A stretch of DNA of 64,000 nucleotides, from the NCBI GenBank assembly GCA_964057225.1, contig OZ059897.1, positions 10,416,001 through 10,480,000 of the forward strand. Reading direction: 5' to 3'. The notes under the pieces were generated by a model that searched no databases, had not been told where the DNA came from, and saw nothing but the letters and a program-made list of their open reading frames with translations. Below, piece after piece: positions 1 through 12,700 of the stretch. A program made the position numbers and the translations under genes. The stretch's first letter is position 1. The number at the start of each line of letters is the position of its first letter. This stretch comes from Auanema rhodensis. Its lineage: Eukaryota; Animalia; Nematoda.

Positions 1-33
1 ACACACTAACTTTGTTAAGTTGTTGTAATATCG

Positions 34-105
34 GCCCAAGTAGTATAGTGGTTAGTACTCCACGTTGTGGCCGTGGCGACACAGGTTCGATTCTTGTCTT
101 GGGCA
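34..105 (+). tRNA. trnH-GUG: tRNA-His(GUG), first copy (T-stem variant TTCTTGT)
   Basis: Acceptor GCCCAAG/CTTGGGC with discriminator A; D arm GTAT...GTAC; anticodon arm CCACG-TTGTGGC-CGTGG with GTG at 67-69; T loop TTCGATT. Confidence 0.93.
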
Positions 106-111
106 TTTTTT
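106..111 (+). terminator. RNA polymerase III terminator (oligo-T), repeated after each tRNA copy
   Basis: TTTTTT directly after the discriminator base, followed by GTTTT; some copies read TCTTTT. Confidence 0.85.
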
Positions 112-694
112 GTTTTGAAATTAAAATGCTATAAACATATTGCTTGCTTGTCATGTTAGATTTGTTTAATTTAAATACTTATCTAAGTTCTAACAATTTT
201 TGATTTAATCACGTTCAATTAACTGTATTGTTTTCAAAAATAAAGACATCTTTCAATTTCTGGTCATTGAATTAGAATTTTCATGTTGTCACACAGGAAA
301 TGAAGAATCTTAGTTTATTTCAGTAACAATGAACACAATAATTTTGTTTAGTTTGTAATACCGGCCCAAGTAGTATAGTGGTTAGTACTCCACGTTGTGG
401 CCGTGGCAACACAGGTTCGATTCCTGTCTTGGGCATTTTTTGTTTTGAAATTTAAATGCTATAAAATTATTGCTTGCTTGTCATGTTAGATTTGTTTAAT
501 TTAAATACTTATTTAAGTTCCAACAATTTTTGATTAAATCACATTCAATTAACTGTATTGTTTTCAAACATAAAGACAAAATTCAACTTCTGTTCATTGA
601 ATTAGAATTTTCATGTTGTCACACAGAAATTGAAGAATCTTAGTTCTTTCAGTAACAATGAACACACTAACTTTGTTAAGTTGTTGTAATATCG

Positions 695-766
695 GCCCAA
701 GTAGTATAGTGGTTAGTACTCCACGTTGTGGCCGTGGCGACACAGGTTCGATTCCTGTCTTGGGCA
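695..766 (+). tRNA. trnH-GUG: tRNA-His(GUG), representative canonical copy
   Basis: Complete cloverleaf, A box TAGTATAGTGG, B box GGTTCGATTCC, preceded by G at -1 and followed by T6. Confidence 0.96.
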
Positions 767-3700
767 TTTTTTGTTTTGAAATTTAAATGCTATGAAATTA
801 TTGCTTGCTTGTCATGTTAGATTTGTTTAACTTAAATACTTATTTAAGTTCTAACAATTTTTGATTTAATCACGTTCAATTAACTGTATTGTTTTCAAAA
901 ATAAAGACATCTTTCAATTTCTGGTCATTGAATTAGAATTTTCATGTTGTCACACAGAAATTGAAGAATCTTAGTTCATTTTAGTAACAATGAACACACT
1001 AACTTTGTTAAGTTGTTGTAATATCGGCCCAAGTAGTATAGTGGTTAGTACTCCACGTTGTGGCCGTGGCGACACAGGTTCGATTCTTGTCTTGGGCATT
1101 TTTTGTTTTGAAATTAAAATGCTATAAACATATTGCTTGCTTGTCATGTTAGATTTGTTCAATTTAAATACTTATCTAAGTTCTAACAATTTTTGATTTA
1201 ATCACGTTCAATTAACTGTATTGTTTTCAAAAATAAAGACATCTTTCAATTTCTGGTCATTGAATTAGAATTTTCATGTTGTCACACAGGAAATGAAGAA
1301 TCTTAGTTCATTTCAGTAACAATGAACACAATAATTTTGTTTAGTTTGTAATACCGGCCCAAGTAGTATAGTGGTTAGTACTCCACGTTGTGGCCGTGGC
1401 GACACAGGTTCGATTCCTGTCTTGGGCATTTTTTGTTTTGAAATTTAAATGCTATAAAATTATTGCTTGCTTGTCATGTTAGATTTCTTTAATTTAAATA
1501 CTTATTTAAGTTCCAACAATTTTCGATTAAATCACATTCAATTAACTGTATTGTTTTCAAAAATAAAGACAAAATTCAACTTCTGTTCATTGAATTAGAA
1601 TTTTCATGTTGTCACACAGAAATTGAAGAATCTTAGTTCATTTTAGTAACAATGAACACACTAACTTTGTTAAGTTGTTGTAATATCGGCCCAAGTAGTA
1701 TAGTGGTTAGTACTCCACGTTGTGGCCGTGGCGACACAGGTTCGATTCCTGTCTTGGGCATTTTTTGTTTTGAAATTTAAATGCTATGAAATTATTGCTT
1801 GCTTGTCATGTTAGATTTGTTTAACTTAAATACTTATTTAAGTTCTAACAATTTTCGATTAAATCACGTTCAATTAACTGTATTGTTTTCAAAAATAAAG
1901 ACAAAATTCAATTTCTGTTCATTGAATTAGAATTTTTATGTTGTCACACAGGAAATGAAGAATCTTAGTTCATTTCAGTAACAATGAACACAATAACTTT
2001 GTTCAGTTGTTGTAATACCGGCCCAAGTAGTATAGTGGTTAGTACTCCACGTTGTGGCCGTGGCGACACAGGTTCGATTCCTGTCTTGGGCATTTTTTGT
2101 TTTGAAATTTAAATGCTATAAAATTATTGCTTGCTTGTCATGTTAGATTTGTTTAATTCAAATACTTATTTAAGTTCTAACAATTTTTGATTCAATCACG
2201 TTCAATTAACTGTATTGTTTTCAAAAATAAAGACATCTTTCAATTTCTGGTCATTGAATTAGAATTTTCATGTTGTCACACAGGAAATGAAGAATCTTAG
2301 TTCATTTCAGTAACAATGAACACAATAACTTTGTTTAGTTTGTAATACCGGCCCAAGTAGTATAGTGGTTAGTACTCCACGTTGTGGCCGTGGCGACACA
2401 GGTTCGATTCCTGTCTTGGGCATTTTTTGTTTTGAAATTTAAATGCTATAAAATTATTGCTTGCTTGTCATGTTAGATTTGTTTAATTTAAATACTTATT
2501 TAAGTTCCAACAATTTTCGATTAAATCACGTTCAATTAACTGTATTGTTTTCAAAAATAAAGACAAAATTCAATTTCTGTTCATTGAATTAGAATTTTTA
2601 TGTTGTCACACAGGAAATGAAGAATCTTAGTTCATTTCAGTAACAATGAACACAATAACTTTGTTTAGTTTGTAATACCGGCCCAAGTAGTATAGTGGTT
2701 AGTACTCCACGTTGTGGCCGTGGCGACACAGGTTCGATTCCTGTCTTGGGCATTTTTTATTTTGAAATTAAAATGCTATAAAATTATTGCTTGCTTGTCA
2801 TGTTAGATTTGTTTAATTCAAATACTTATTTAAGTTCTAACAATTTTTGATTAAATCACGTTCATTAAACTGTATTGTTTTCAAAAATAAAGACATCTTT
2901 CAATTTCTGGTCATTGAATTAGAATTTTCATGTTGTCACACAGAAATTGAAGAATCTTAGTTCATTTTAGTAACAATGAACACACTAACTTTGTTAAGTT
3001 GTTGTAATATCGGCCCAAGTAGTATAGTGGTTAGTACTCCACGTTGTGGCTGTGGCGACACAGGTTCGATTCTTGTCTTGGGCATTTTTTGTTTTGAAAT
3101 TAAAATGCTATAAACATATTGCTTGCTTGTCATGTTAGATTTGTTTAATTTAAATACTTATCTAAGTTCTAACAATTTTTGATTTAATCACGTTCAATTA
3201 ACTGTATTGTTTTCAAAAATAAAGACATCTTTCAATTTCTGGTCATTGAATTAGAATTTTCATGTTGTCACACAGGAAATGAAGAATCTTAGTTTATTTC
3301 AGTAACAATGAACACAATAATTTTGTTTAGTTTGTAATACCGGCCCAAGTAGTATAGTGGTTAGTACTCCACGTTGTGGCCGTGGCGACACAGGTTCGAT
3401 TCCTGTCTTGGGAATTTTTTGTTTTGAAATTTAAATGCTATAAAATTATTGCTTGCTTGTCATGTTAGATTTGTTTAATTTAAATACTTATTTAAGTTCC
3501 AACAATTTTTGATTAAATCACATTCAATTAACTGTATTGTTTTCAAACATAAAGACAAAATTCAATTTCTGTTCATTGAATTAGAATTTTCATGTTGTCA
3601 CACAGAAATTGAAGAATCTTAGTTCATTTCAGTAACAATGAACACACTAACTTTGTTAAGTTGTTGTAATATCGGCCCAAGTAGTATAGTGGTTAGTACT

Positions 3701-6700
3701 CCACGTTGTGGCCGTGGCGACACAGGTTCGATTCCTGTCTTGGGCATTTTTTGTTTTGAAATTAAAATGCTATAAACATATTGCTTGCTTGTCATGTTAG
3801 ATTTGTTTAATTCAAATACTTATTTAAGTTCTAATAATTTTTGATTTAATCACGTTCAATTAACAGTATTGTTTTCAAAAATAAAGACATCTTTCAATTT
3901 TTGGTCATTGAATTAGAATTTTCATGTTGTCACACAGAAATTGAAGAATCTTAGTTCATTTCAGTAACAATGAACACACTAACTTTGTTAAGTTGTTGTA
4001 ATATCGGCCCAAGTAGTATAGTGGTCAGTACTCCACGTTGTGGCCGTGGCGACACAGGTTCGATTCCTGTCTTGGGTGTTTTTTGTTTTGAAATTAAAAT
4101 GCTATAAACATATTGCTTGCTTGTCATGTTAGATTTGTTTAATTTAAATACTTATCTAAGTTCTAACAATTTTTGATTTAATCACGTTCAATTAACTGTA
4201 TTGTTTTCAAAAATAAAGACATCTTTCAATTTCTGGTCATTGAATTAGAATTTTCATGTTGTCACACAGGAAATGAAGAATCTTAGTTCATTTCAGTAAC
4301 AATGAACACAATAATTTTGTTTAGTTTGTAATACCGGCCCAAGTAGTATAGTGGTTAGTACTCCACGTTGTGGCCGTGGCGACACAGGTTCGATTCCTGT
4401 CTTGGGCATTTTTTGTTTTGAAATTTAAATGCTATAAAATTATTGCTTGCTTGTCATGTTAGATTTCTTTAATTTAAATACTTATTTAAGTTCCAACAAT
4501 TTTCGATTAAATCACATTCAATTAACTGTATTGTTTTTAAAAATAAAGACAAAATTCAACTTCTGTTCATTGAATTAGAATTTTCATGTTGTCACACAGA
4601 AATTGAAGAATCTTAGTTCATTTTAGTAACAATGAACACACTAACTTTGTTAAGTTGTTGTAATATCGGCTCAAGTAGTATAGTGGTTAGTACTCCACGT
4701 TGTGGCCGTGGCGACACAGGTTCGATTCCTGTCTTGGGCATTTTTTGTTTTGAAATTTAAATGCTATGAAATTATTGCTTGCTTGTCATGTTAGATTTGT
4801 TTAACTTAAATACTTATTTAAGTTCTAACAATTTTCGATTAAATCACGTTCAATTAACTGTATTGTTTTCAAAAATAAAGACAAAATTCAATTTCTGTTC
4901 ATTGAATTAGAATTTTTATGTTGTCACACAGGAAATGAAGAATCTTAGTTCATTTCAGTAACAATGAACACAATAACTTTGTTCAGTTGTTGTAATACCG
5001 GCCCAAGTAGTATAGTGGTTAGTACTCCACGTTGTGGCCGTGGCGACACAGGTTCGATTCCTGTCTTGGGCATTTTTTGTTTTGAAATTTAAATGCTATA
5101 AAATTATTGCTTGCTTGTCATGTTAGATTTGTTTAATTCAAATACTTATTTAAGTTCTAACAATTTTTGATTCAATCACGTTCAATTAACTGTATTGTTT
5201 TCAAAAATAAAGACATCTTTCAATTTCTGGTCATTGAATTAGAATTTTCATGTTGTCACACAGGAAATGAAGAATCTTAGTTCATTTCAGTAACAATGAA
5301 CACAATAACTTTGTTTAGTTTGTAATACCGGCCCAAGTAGTATAGTGGTTAGTACTCCACGTTGTGGCCGTGGCGACACAGGTTCGATTCCTGTCTTGGG
5401 CATTTTTTGTTTTGAAATTTAAATGCTATAAAATTATTGCTTGCTTGTCATGTTAGATTTGTTTAATTTAAATACTTATTTAAGTTCCAACAATTTTCGA
5501 TTAAATCACGTTCAATTAACTGTATTGTTTTCAAAAATAAAGACAAAATTCAACTTCTGTTCATTGAATTAGAATTTTCATGTTGTCACACAGAAATTGA
5601 AGAATCTTAGTTCATTTCAGTAACAATGAACACACTAACTTTGTTAAGTTGTTGTAATATCGGCCCAAGTAGTATAGTGGTTAGTACTCCACGTTGTGGC
5701 CGTGGCGACACAGGTTCGATTCCTGTCTTGGGCATTTTTTGTTTTGAAATTTAAATGCTATGAAATTATTGCTTGCTTGTCATGTTAGATTTGTTTAATT
5801 CAAATACTTATTTAAGTTCTAACAATTTTTGATTTAATCACGTTCAATTAACAGTATTGTTTTCAAAAATAAAGACATCTTTCAATTTTTGGTCATTGAA
5901 TTAGAATTTTCATGTTGTCACACAGGAAATGAAGAACCTTAGTTCATTTCAGTAACAATGAACACAATAATTTTGTTTAGTTTGTAATACCGGCCCAAGT
6001 AGTATAGTGGTTAGTACTCCACGTTGTGGCCGTGGCGACACAGGTTCGATTCCTGTCTTGGGCATTTTTTGTTTTGAAATTTAAATGCTATAAAATTATT
6101 GCTTGCTTGTCATGTTAGATTTGTTCAATTTAAATACTTATTTAAGTTCCAACAATTCTCGATTAAATCACGTTCATTTAACTGTATTGTTTGCAAAAAT
6201 AAAGACAAAATTCAATTTCTGTTCATTGAATTAGAATTTTCATGTTGTCACACAGAAATTGAAGAATCTTAGTTCATTTCAGTAACAATGAACACACTAT
6301 CTTTGTTAAGTTGTTGTAATATCGGCCCAAGTAGTATAGTGATCAGTACTCCACGTTGTGGCCGTGGCGACACAGGTTCGATTCCTGTCTTGGGCATTTT
6401 TTGTTTTGAAATTTAAATGCTATAAAATTATTGCTTGCTTGTCATGTTAGATTTGTTCAATTTAAATACTTATTTAAGTTCCAACAATTCTCGATTAATT
6501 CACGTTCATTCAACTGTATTGTTTTCAAAAATAAAGACAAAATTCAATTTCTGTTCATTGAATTAGAATTTTCATGTTGTCACACAGAAATTGAAGAATC
6601 TTAGTTCATTTCAGTAACAATGAACACACTAACTTTGTTAAGTTGTTGTAATATCGGCCCAAGTAGTATAGTGGTTAGTACTCCACGTTGTGGCCGTGGC

Positions 6701-9700
6701 GACACAGGTTCGATTCCTGTCTTGGGCATTTTTTGTTTTGAAATTAAAATGCTATAAACATATTGCTTGCTTGTCATGTTAGATTTGTTTAATTCAAATA
6801 CTTATTTAAGTTCTAATAATTTTTGATTTAATCACGTTCAATTAACAGTATTGTTTTCAAAAATAAAGACATCTTTCAATTTTTGGTCATTGAATTAGAA
6901 TTTTCATGTTGTCACACAGAAATTGAAGAATCTTAGTTCATTTCAGTAACAATGAACACACTAACTTTGTTAAGTTGTTGTAATATCGGCCCAAGTAGTA
7001 TAGTGGTCAGTACTCCACGTTGTGGCCGTGGCGACACAGGTTCGATTCCTGTCTTGGGTGTTTTTTGTTTTGAAATTTAAATGCTATAAAATTATTGCTT
7101 GCTTGTCATGTTAGATTTGTTTGATTTAAATACTTATTTAAGTTCTAACAATTTTCGATTAAATCACGTTCAATTAACTGTATTGTTTTCAAGAATAAAG
7201 ACAAAATTCAACTTCTGTTCATTGAATTAGAATTTTCATGTTGTCACACAGAAATTGAAGAATCTTAGTTCATTTCAGTAACAATGAACACACTAACTTT
7301 GTTAAGTTGTTGTAATATCGGCCCAAGTAGTATAGTGGTTAGTACTCCACGTTGTGGCCGTGGCGACACAGGTTCGATTCCTGTCTTGGGCATTTTTTGT
7401 TATGAAATTTAAATGCTATAAAATTATTGCTTTCTTGTCATGTTAGATTTGTTTAATTTAAATACTTATTTAAGTTCCAACAATTTTCGATTAAATCACG
7501 TTCAATTAACTGTATTGTTTTCAAAAATAAAGACAAAATTCAACTTCTGTTCATTGAATTAGAATTTTCATGTTGTCACACAGAAATTGAAGAATCTTAG
7601 TTCATTTCAGTAACAATGAACACACTAACTTTGTTAAGTTGTAATATCGGCCCAAGTAGTATAGTGGTTAGTACTCCACGTTGTGGCCGTGGCGACACAG
7701 GTTCGATTCCTGTCTTGGGCATCTTTTGTTTTGAAATTTAAATGCTATGAAATTATTGCTTGCTTGTCATGTTAGATTTGTTTAATTCAAATACTTATTT
7801 AAGTTCTAACAATTTTTGATTTAATCACGTTCAATTAACTGTATTGTTTTCAAAAATAAAGACATCTTTCAATTTCTGGTCATTGAATTAGAATTTTCAT
7901 GTTGTCACACAGGAAATGAAGAATCTTAGTTTATTTCAGTAACAATGAACACAATAATTTTGTTTAGTTTGTAATACCGGCCCAAGTAGTATAGTGGTTA
8001 GTACTCCACGTTGTGGCCGTGGCGACACAGGTTCGATTCCTGTCTTGGGCATTTTTTGTTTTGAAATTTAAATGCTATAAAATTATTGCTTGCTTGTCAT
8101 GTTAGATTTGTTCAATTTAAATACTTATTTAAGTTCCAACAATTCTCGATTAAATCACGTTCATTTAACTGTATTGTTTGCAAAAATAAAGACAAAATTC
8201 AATTTCTGTTCATTGAATTAGAATTTTCATGTTGTCACACAGAAATTGAAGAATCTTAGTTCATTTCAGTAACAATGAACACACTATCTTTGTTAAGTTG
8301 TTGTAATATCGGCCCAAGTAGTATAGTGATCAGTACTCCACGTTGTGGCCGTGGCGACACAGGTTCGATTCCTGTCTTGGGCATTTTTTGTTTTGAAATT
8401 TAAATGCTATAAAATTATTGCTTGCTTGTCATGTTAGATTTGTTCAATTTAAATACTTATTTAAGTTCCAACAATTCTCGATTAATTCACGTTCATTCAA
8501 CTGTATTGTTTTCAAAAATAAAGACAAAATTCAATTTCTGTTCATTGAATTAGAATTTTCATGTTGTCACACAGAAATTGAAGAATCTTAGTTCATTTCA
8601 GTAACAATGAACACACTAACTTTGTTAAGTTGTTGTAATATCGGCCCAAGTAGTATAGTGGTTAGTACTCCACGTTGTGGCCGTGGCGACACAGGTTCGA
8701 TTCCTGTCTTGGGCATTTTTTGTTTTGAAATTAAAATGCTATAAACATATTGCTTGCTTGTCATGTTAGATTTGTTTAATTCAAATACTTATTTAAGTTC
8801 TAATAATTTTTGATTTAATCACGTTCAATTAACAGTATTGTTTTCAAAAATAAAGACATCTTTCAATTTTTGGTCATTGAATTAGAATTTTCATGTTGTC
8901 ACACAGAAATTGAAGAATCTTAGTTCATTTCAGTAACAATGAACACACTAACTTTGTTAAGTTGTTGTAATATCGGCCCAAGTAGTATAGTGGTCAGTAC
9001 TCCACGTTGTGGCCGTGGCGACACAGGTTCGATTCCTGTCTTGGGTGTTTTTTGTTTTGAAATTTAAATGCTATAAAATTATTGCTTGCTTGTCATGTTA
9101 GATTTGTTTGATTTAAATACTTATTTAAGTTCTAACAATTTTCGATTAAATCACGTTCAATTAACTGTATTGTTTTCAAGAATAAAGACAAAATTCAACT
9201 TCTGTTCATTGAATTAGAATTTTCATGTTGTCACACAGAAATTGAAGAATCTTAGTTCATTTCAGTAACAATGAACACACTAACTTTGTTAAGTTGTTGT
9301 AATATCGGCCCAAGTAGTATAGTGGTTAGTACTCCACGTTGTGGCCGTGGCGACACAGGTTCGATTCCTGTCTTGGGCATCTTTTGTTTTGAAATTTAAA
9401 TGCTATAAAATTATTGCTTGCTTGTCATGTTAGATTTGTTCAATTTAAATACTTATTTAAGTTCCAACAATTTTCGATTAAATCACGTTCAATTAACTGT
9501 ATTGTTTGCAAAAATAAAGACAAAATTCAATTTCTGTTCATTGAATTAGAATTTTCATGTTGTCACACAGAAATTGAAGAATCTTAGTTCATTTCAGTAA
9601 CAATGAACACACTATCTTTGTTAAGTTGTTGTAATATCGGCCCAAGTAGTATAGTGATCAGTACTCCACGTTGTGGCCGTGGCGACACAGGTTCGATTCC

Positions 9701-12700
9701 TGTCTTGGGCATTTTTTGTTTTGAAATTTAAATGCTATAAAATTATTGCTTGCTTGTCATGTTAGATTTGTTCAATTTAAATACTTATTTAAGTTCCAAC
9801 AATTCTCGATTAATTCACGTTCATTCAACTGTATTGTTTTCAAAAATAAAGACAAAATTCAATTTCTGGTCATTGAATTAGAATTTTCATGTTGTCACAC
9901 AGGAAATGAAGAATCTTAGTTTATTTCAGTAACAATGAACACAATAATTTTGTTTAGTTTGTAATACCGGCCCAAGTAGTATAGTGGTTAGTACTCCGCG
10001 TTGTGGCCGTGGCGACACAGGTTCGATTCCTGTCTTGGGTGTTTTTTGTTTTGAAATTTAAATGCTATAAAATTATTGCTTGCTTGTCATGTTAGATTTG
10101 TTTGATTTAAATACTTATTTAAGTTCTAACAATTTTCGATTAAATCACGTTCAATTAACTGTATTGTTTTCAAGAATAAAGACAAAATTCAACTTCTGTT
10201 CATTGAATTAGAATTTTCATGTTGTCACACAGAAATTGAAGAATCTTAGTTCATTTCAGTAACAATGAACACACTAACTTTGTTAAGTTGTTGTAATATC
10301 GGCCCAAGTAGTATAGTGGTTAGTACTCCACGTTGTGGCCGTGGCGACACAGGTTCGATTCCTGTCTTGGGCATTTTTTGTTATGAAATTTAAATGCTAT
10401 AAAATTATTGCTTTCTTGTCATGTTAGATTTGTTTAATTTAAATACTTATTTAAGTTCCAACAATTTTCGATTAAATCACGTTCAATTAACTGTATTGTT
10501 TTCAAAAATAAAGACAAAATTCAACTTCTGTTCATTGAATTAGAATTTTCATGTTGTCACACAGAAATTGAAGAATCTTAGTTCATTTCAGTAACAATGA
10601 ACACACTAACTTTGTTAAGTTGTAATATCGGCCCAAGTAGTATAGTGGTTAGTACTCCACGTTGTGGCCGTGGCGACACAGGTTCGATTCCTGTCTTGGG
10701 CATCTTTTGTTTTGAAATTTAAATGCTATGAAATTATTGCTTGCTTGTCATGTTAGATTTGTTTAATTCAAATACTTATTTAAGTTCTAACAATTTTTGA
10801 TTTAATCACGTTCAATTAACTGTATTGTTTTCAAAAATAAAGACATCTTTCAATTTCTGGTCATTGAATTAGAATTTTCATGTTGTCACACAGGAAATGA
10901 AGAATCTTAGTTTATTTCAGTAACAATGAACACAATAATTTTGTTTAGTTTGTAATACCGGCCCAAGTAGTATAGTGGTTAGTACTCCACGTTGTGGCCG
11001 TGGCGACACAGGTTCGATTCCTGTCTTGGGCATTTTTTGTTTTGAAATTTAAATGCTATAAAATTATTGCTTGCTTGTCATGTTAGATTTGTTCAATTTA
11101 AATACTTATTTAAGTTCCAACAATTCTCGATTAAATCACGTTCATTTAACTGTATTGTTTGCAAAAATAAAGACAAAATTCAATTTCTGTTCATTGAATT
11201 AGAATTTTCATGTTGTCACACAGAAATTGAAGAATCTTAGTTCATTTCAGTAACAATGAACACACTATCTTTGTTAAGTTGTTGTAATATCGGCCCAAGT
11301 AGTATAGTGATCAGTACTCCACGTTGTGGCCGTGGCGACACAGGTTCGATTCCTGTCTTGGGCATTTTTTGTTTTGAAATTTAAATGCTATAAAATTATT
11401 GCTTGCTTGTCATGTTAGATTTGTTCAATTTAAATACTTATTTAAGTTCCAACAATTCTCGATTAATTCACGTTCATTCAACTGTATTGTTTTCAAAAAT
11501 AAAGACAAAATTCAATTTCTGTTCATTGAATTAGAATTTTCATGTTGTCACACAGAAATTGAAGAATCTTAGTTCATTTCAGTAACAATGAACACACTAA
11601 CTTTGTTAAGTTGTTGTAATATCGGCCCAAGTAGTATAGTGGTTAGTACTCCACGTTGTGGCCGTGGCGACACAGGTTCGATTCCTGTCTTGGGCATTTT
11701 TTGTTTTGAAATTAAAATGCTATAAACATATTGCTTGCTTGTCATGTTAGATTTGTTTAATTCAAATACTTATTTAAGTTCTAATAATTTTTGATTTAAT
11801 CACGTTCAATTAACAGTATTGTTTTCAAAAATAAAGACATCTTTCAATTTTTGGTCATTGAATTAGAATTTTCATGTTGTCACACAGAAATTGAAGAATC
11901 TTAGTTCATTTCAGTAACAATGAACACACTAACTTTGTTAAGTTGTTGTAATATCGGCCCAAGTAGTATAGTGGTCAGTACTCCACGTTGTGGCCGTGGC
12001 GACACAGGTTCGATTCCTGTCTTGGGTGTTTTTTGTTTTGAAATTTAAATGCTATAAAATTATTGCTTGCTTGTCATGTTAGATTTGTTTGATTTAAATA
12101 CTTATTTAAGTTCTAACAATTTTCGATTAAATCACGTTCAATTAACTGTATTGTTTTCAAGAATAAAGACAAAATTCAACTTCTGTTCATTGAATTAGAA
12201 TTTTCATGTTGTCACACAGAAATTGAAGAATCTTAGTTCATTTCAGTAACAATGAACACACTAACTTTGTTAAGTTGTTGTAATATCGGCCCAAGTAGTA
12301 TAGTGGTTAGTACTCCACGTTGTGGCCGTGGCGACACAGGTTCGATTCCTGTCTTGGGCATCTTTTGTTTTGAAATTTAAATGCTATGAAATTATTGCTT
12401 GCTTGTCATGTTAGATTTGTTTGATTTAAATACTTATTTAAGTTCCAACAATTTTCGATTAAATCACGTTCAATTAACTGTATTGTTTTCAAAAATAAAG
12501 ACAAAATTCAACTTCTGTTCATTGAATTAGAATTTTCATGTTGTCACACAGAAATTGAAGAATCTTAGTTCATTTCAGTAACAATGAACACACTAACTTT
12601 GTTAAGTTGTTGTAATATCGGCCCAAGTAGTATAGTGATCAGTACTCCACGTTGTGGCCGTGGCGACACAGGTTCGATTCCTGTCTTGGGCATTTTTTGT

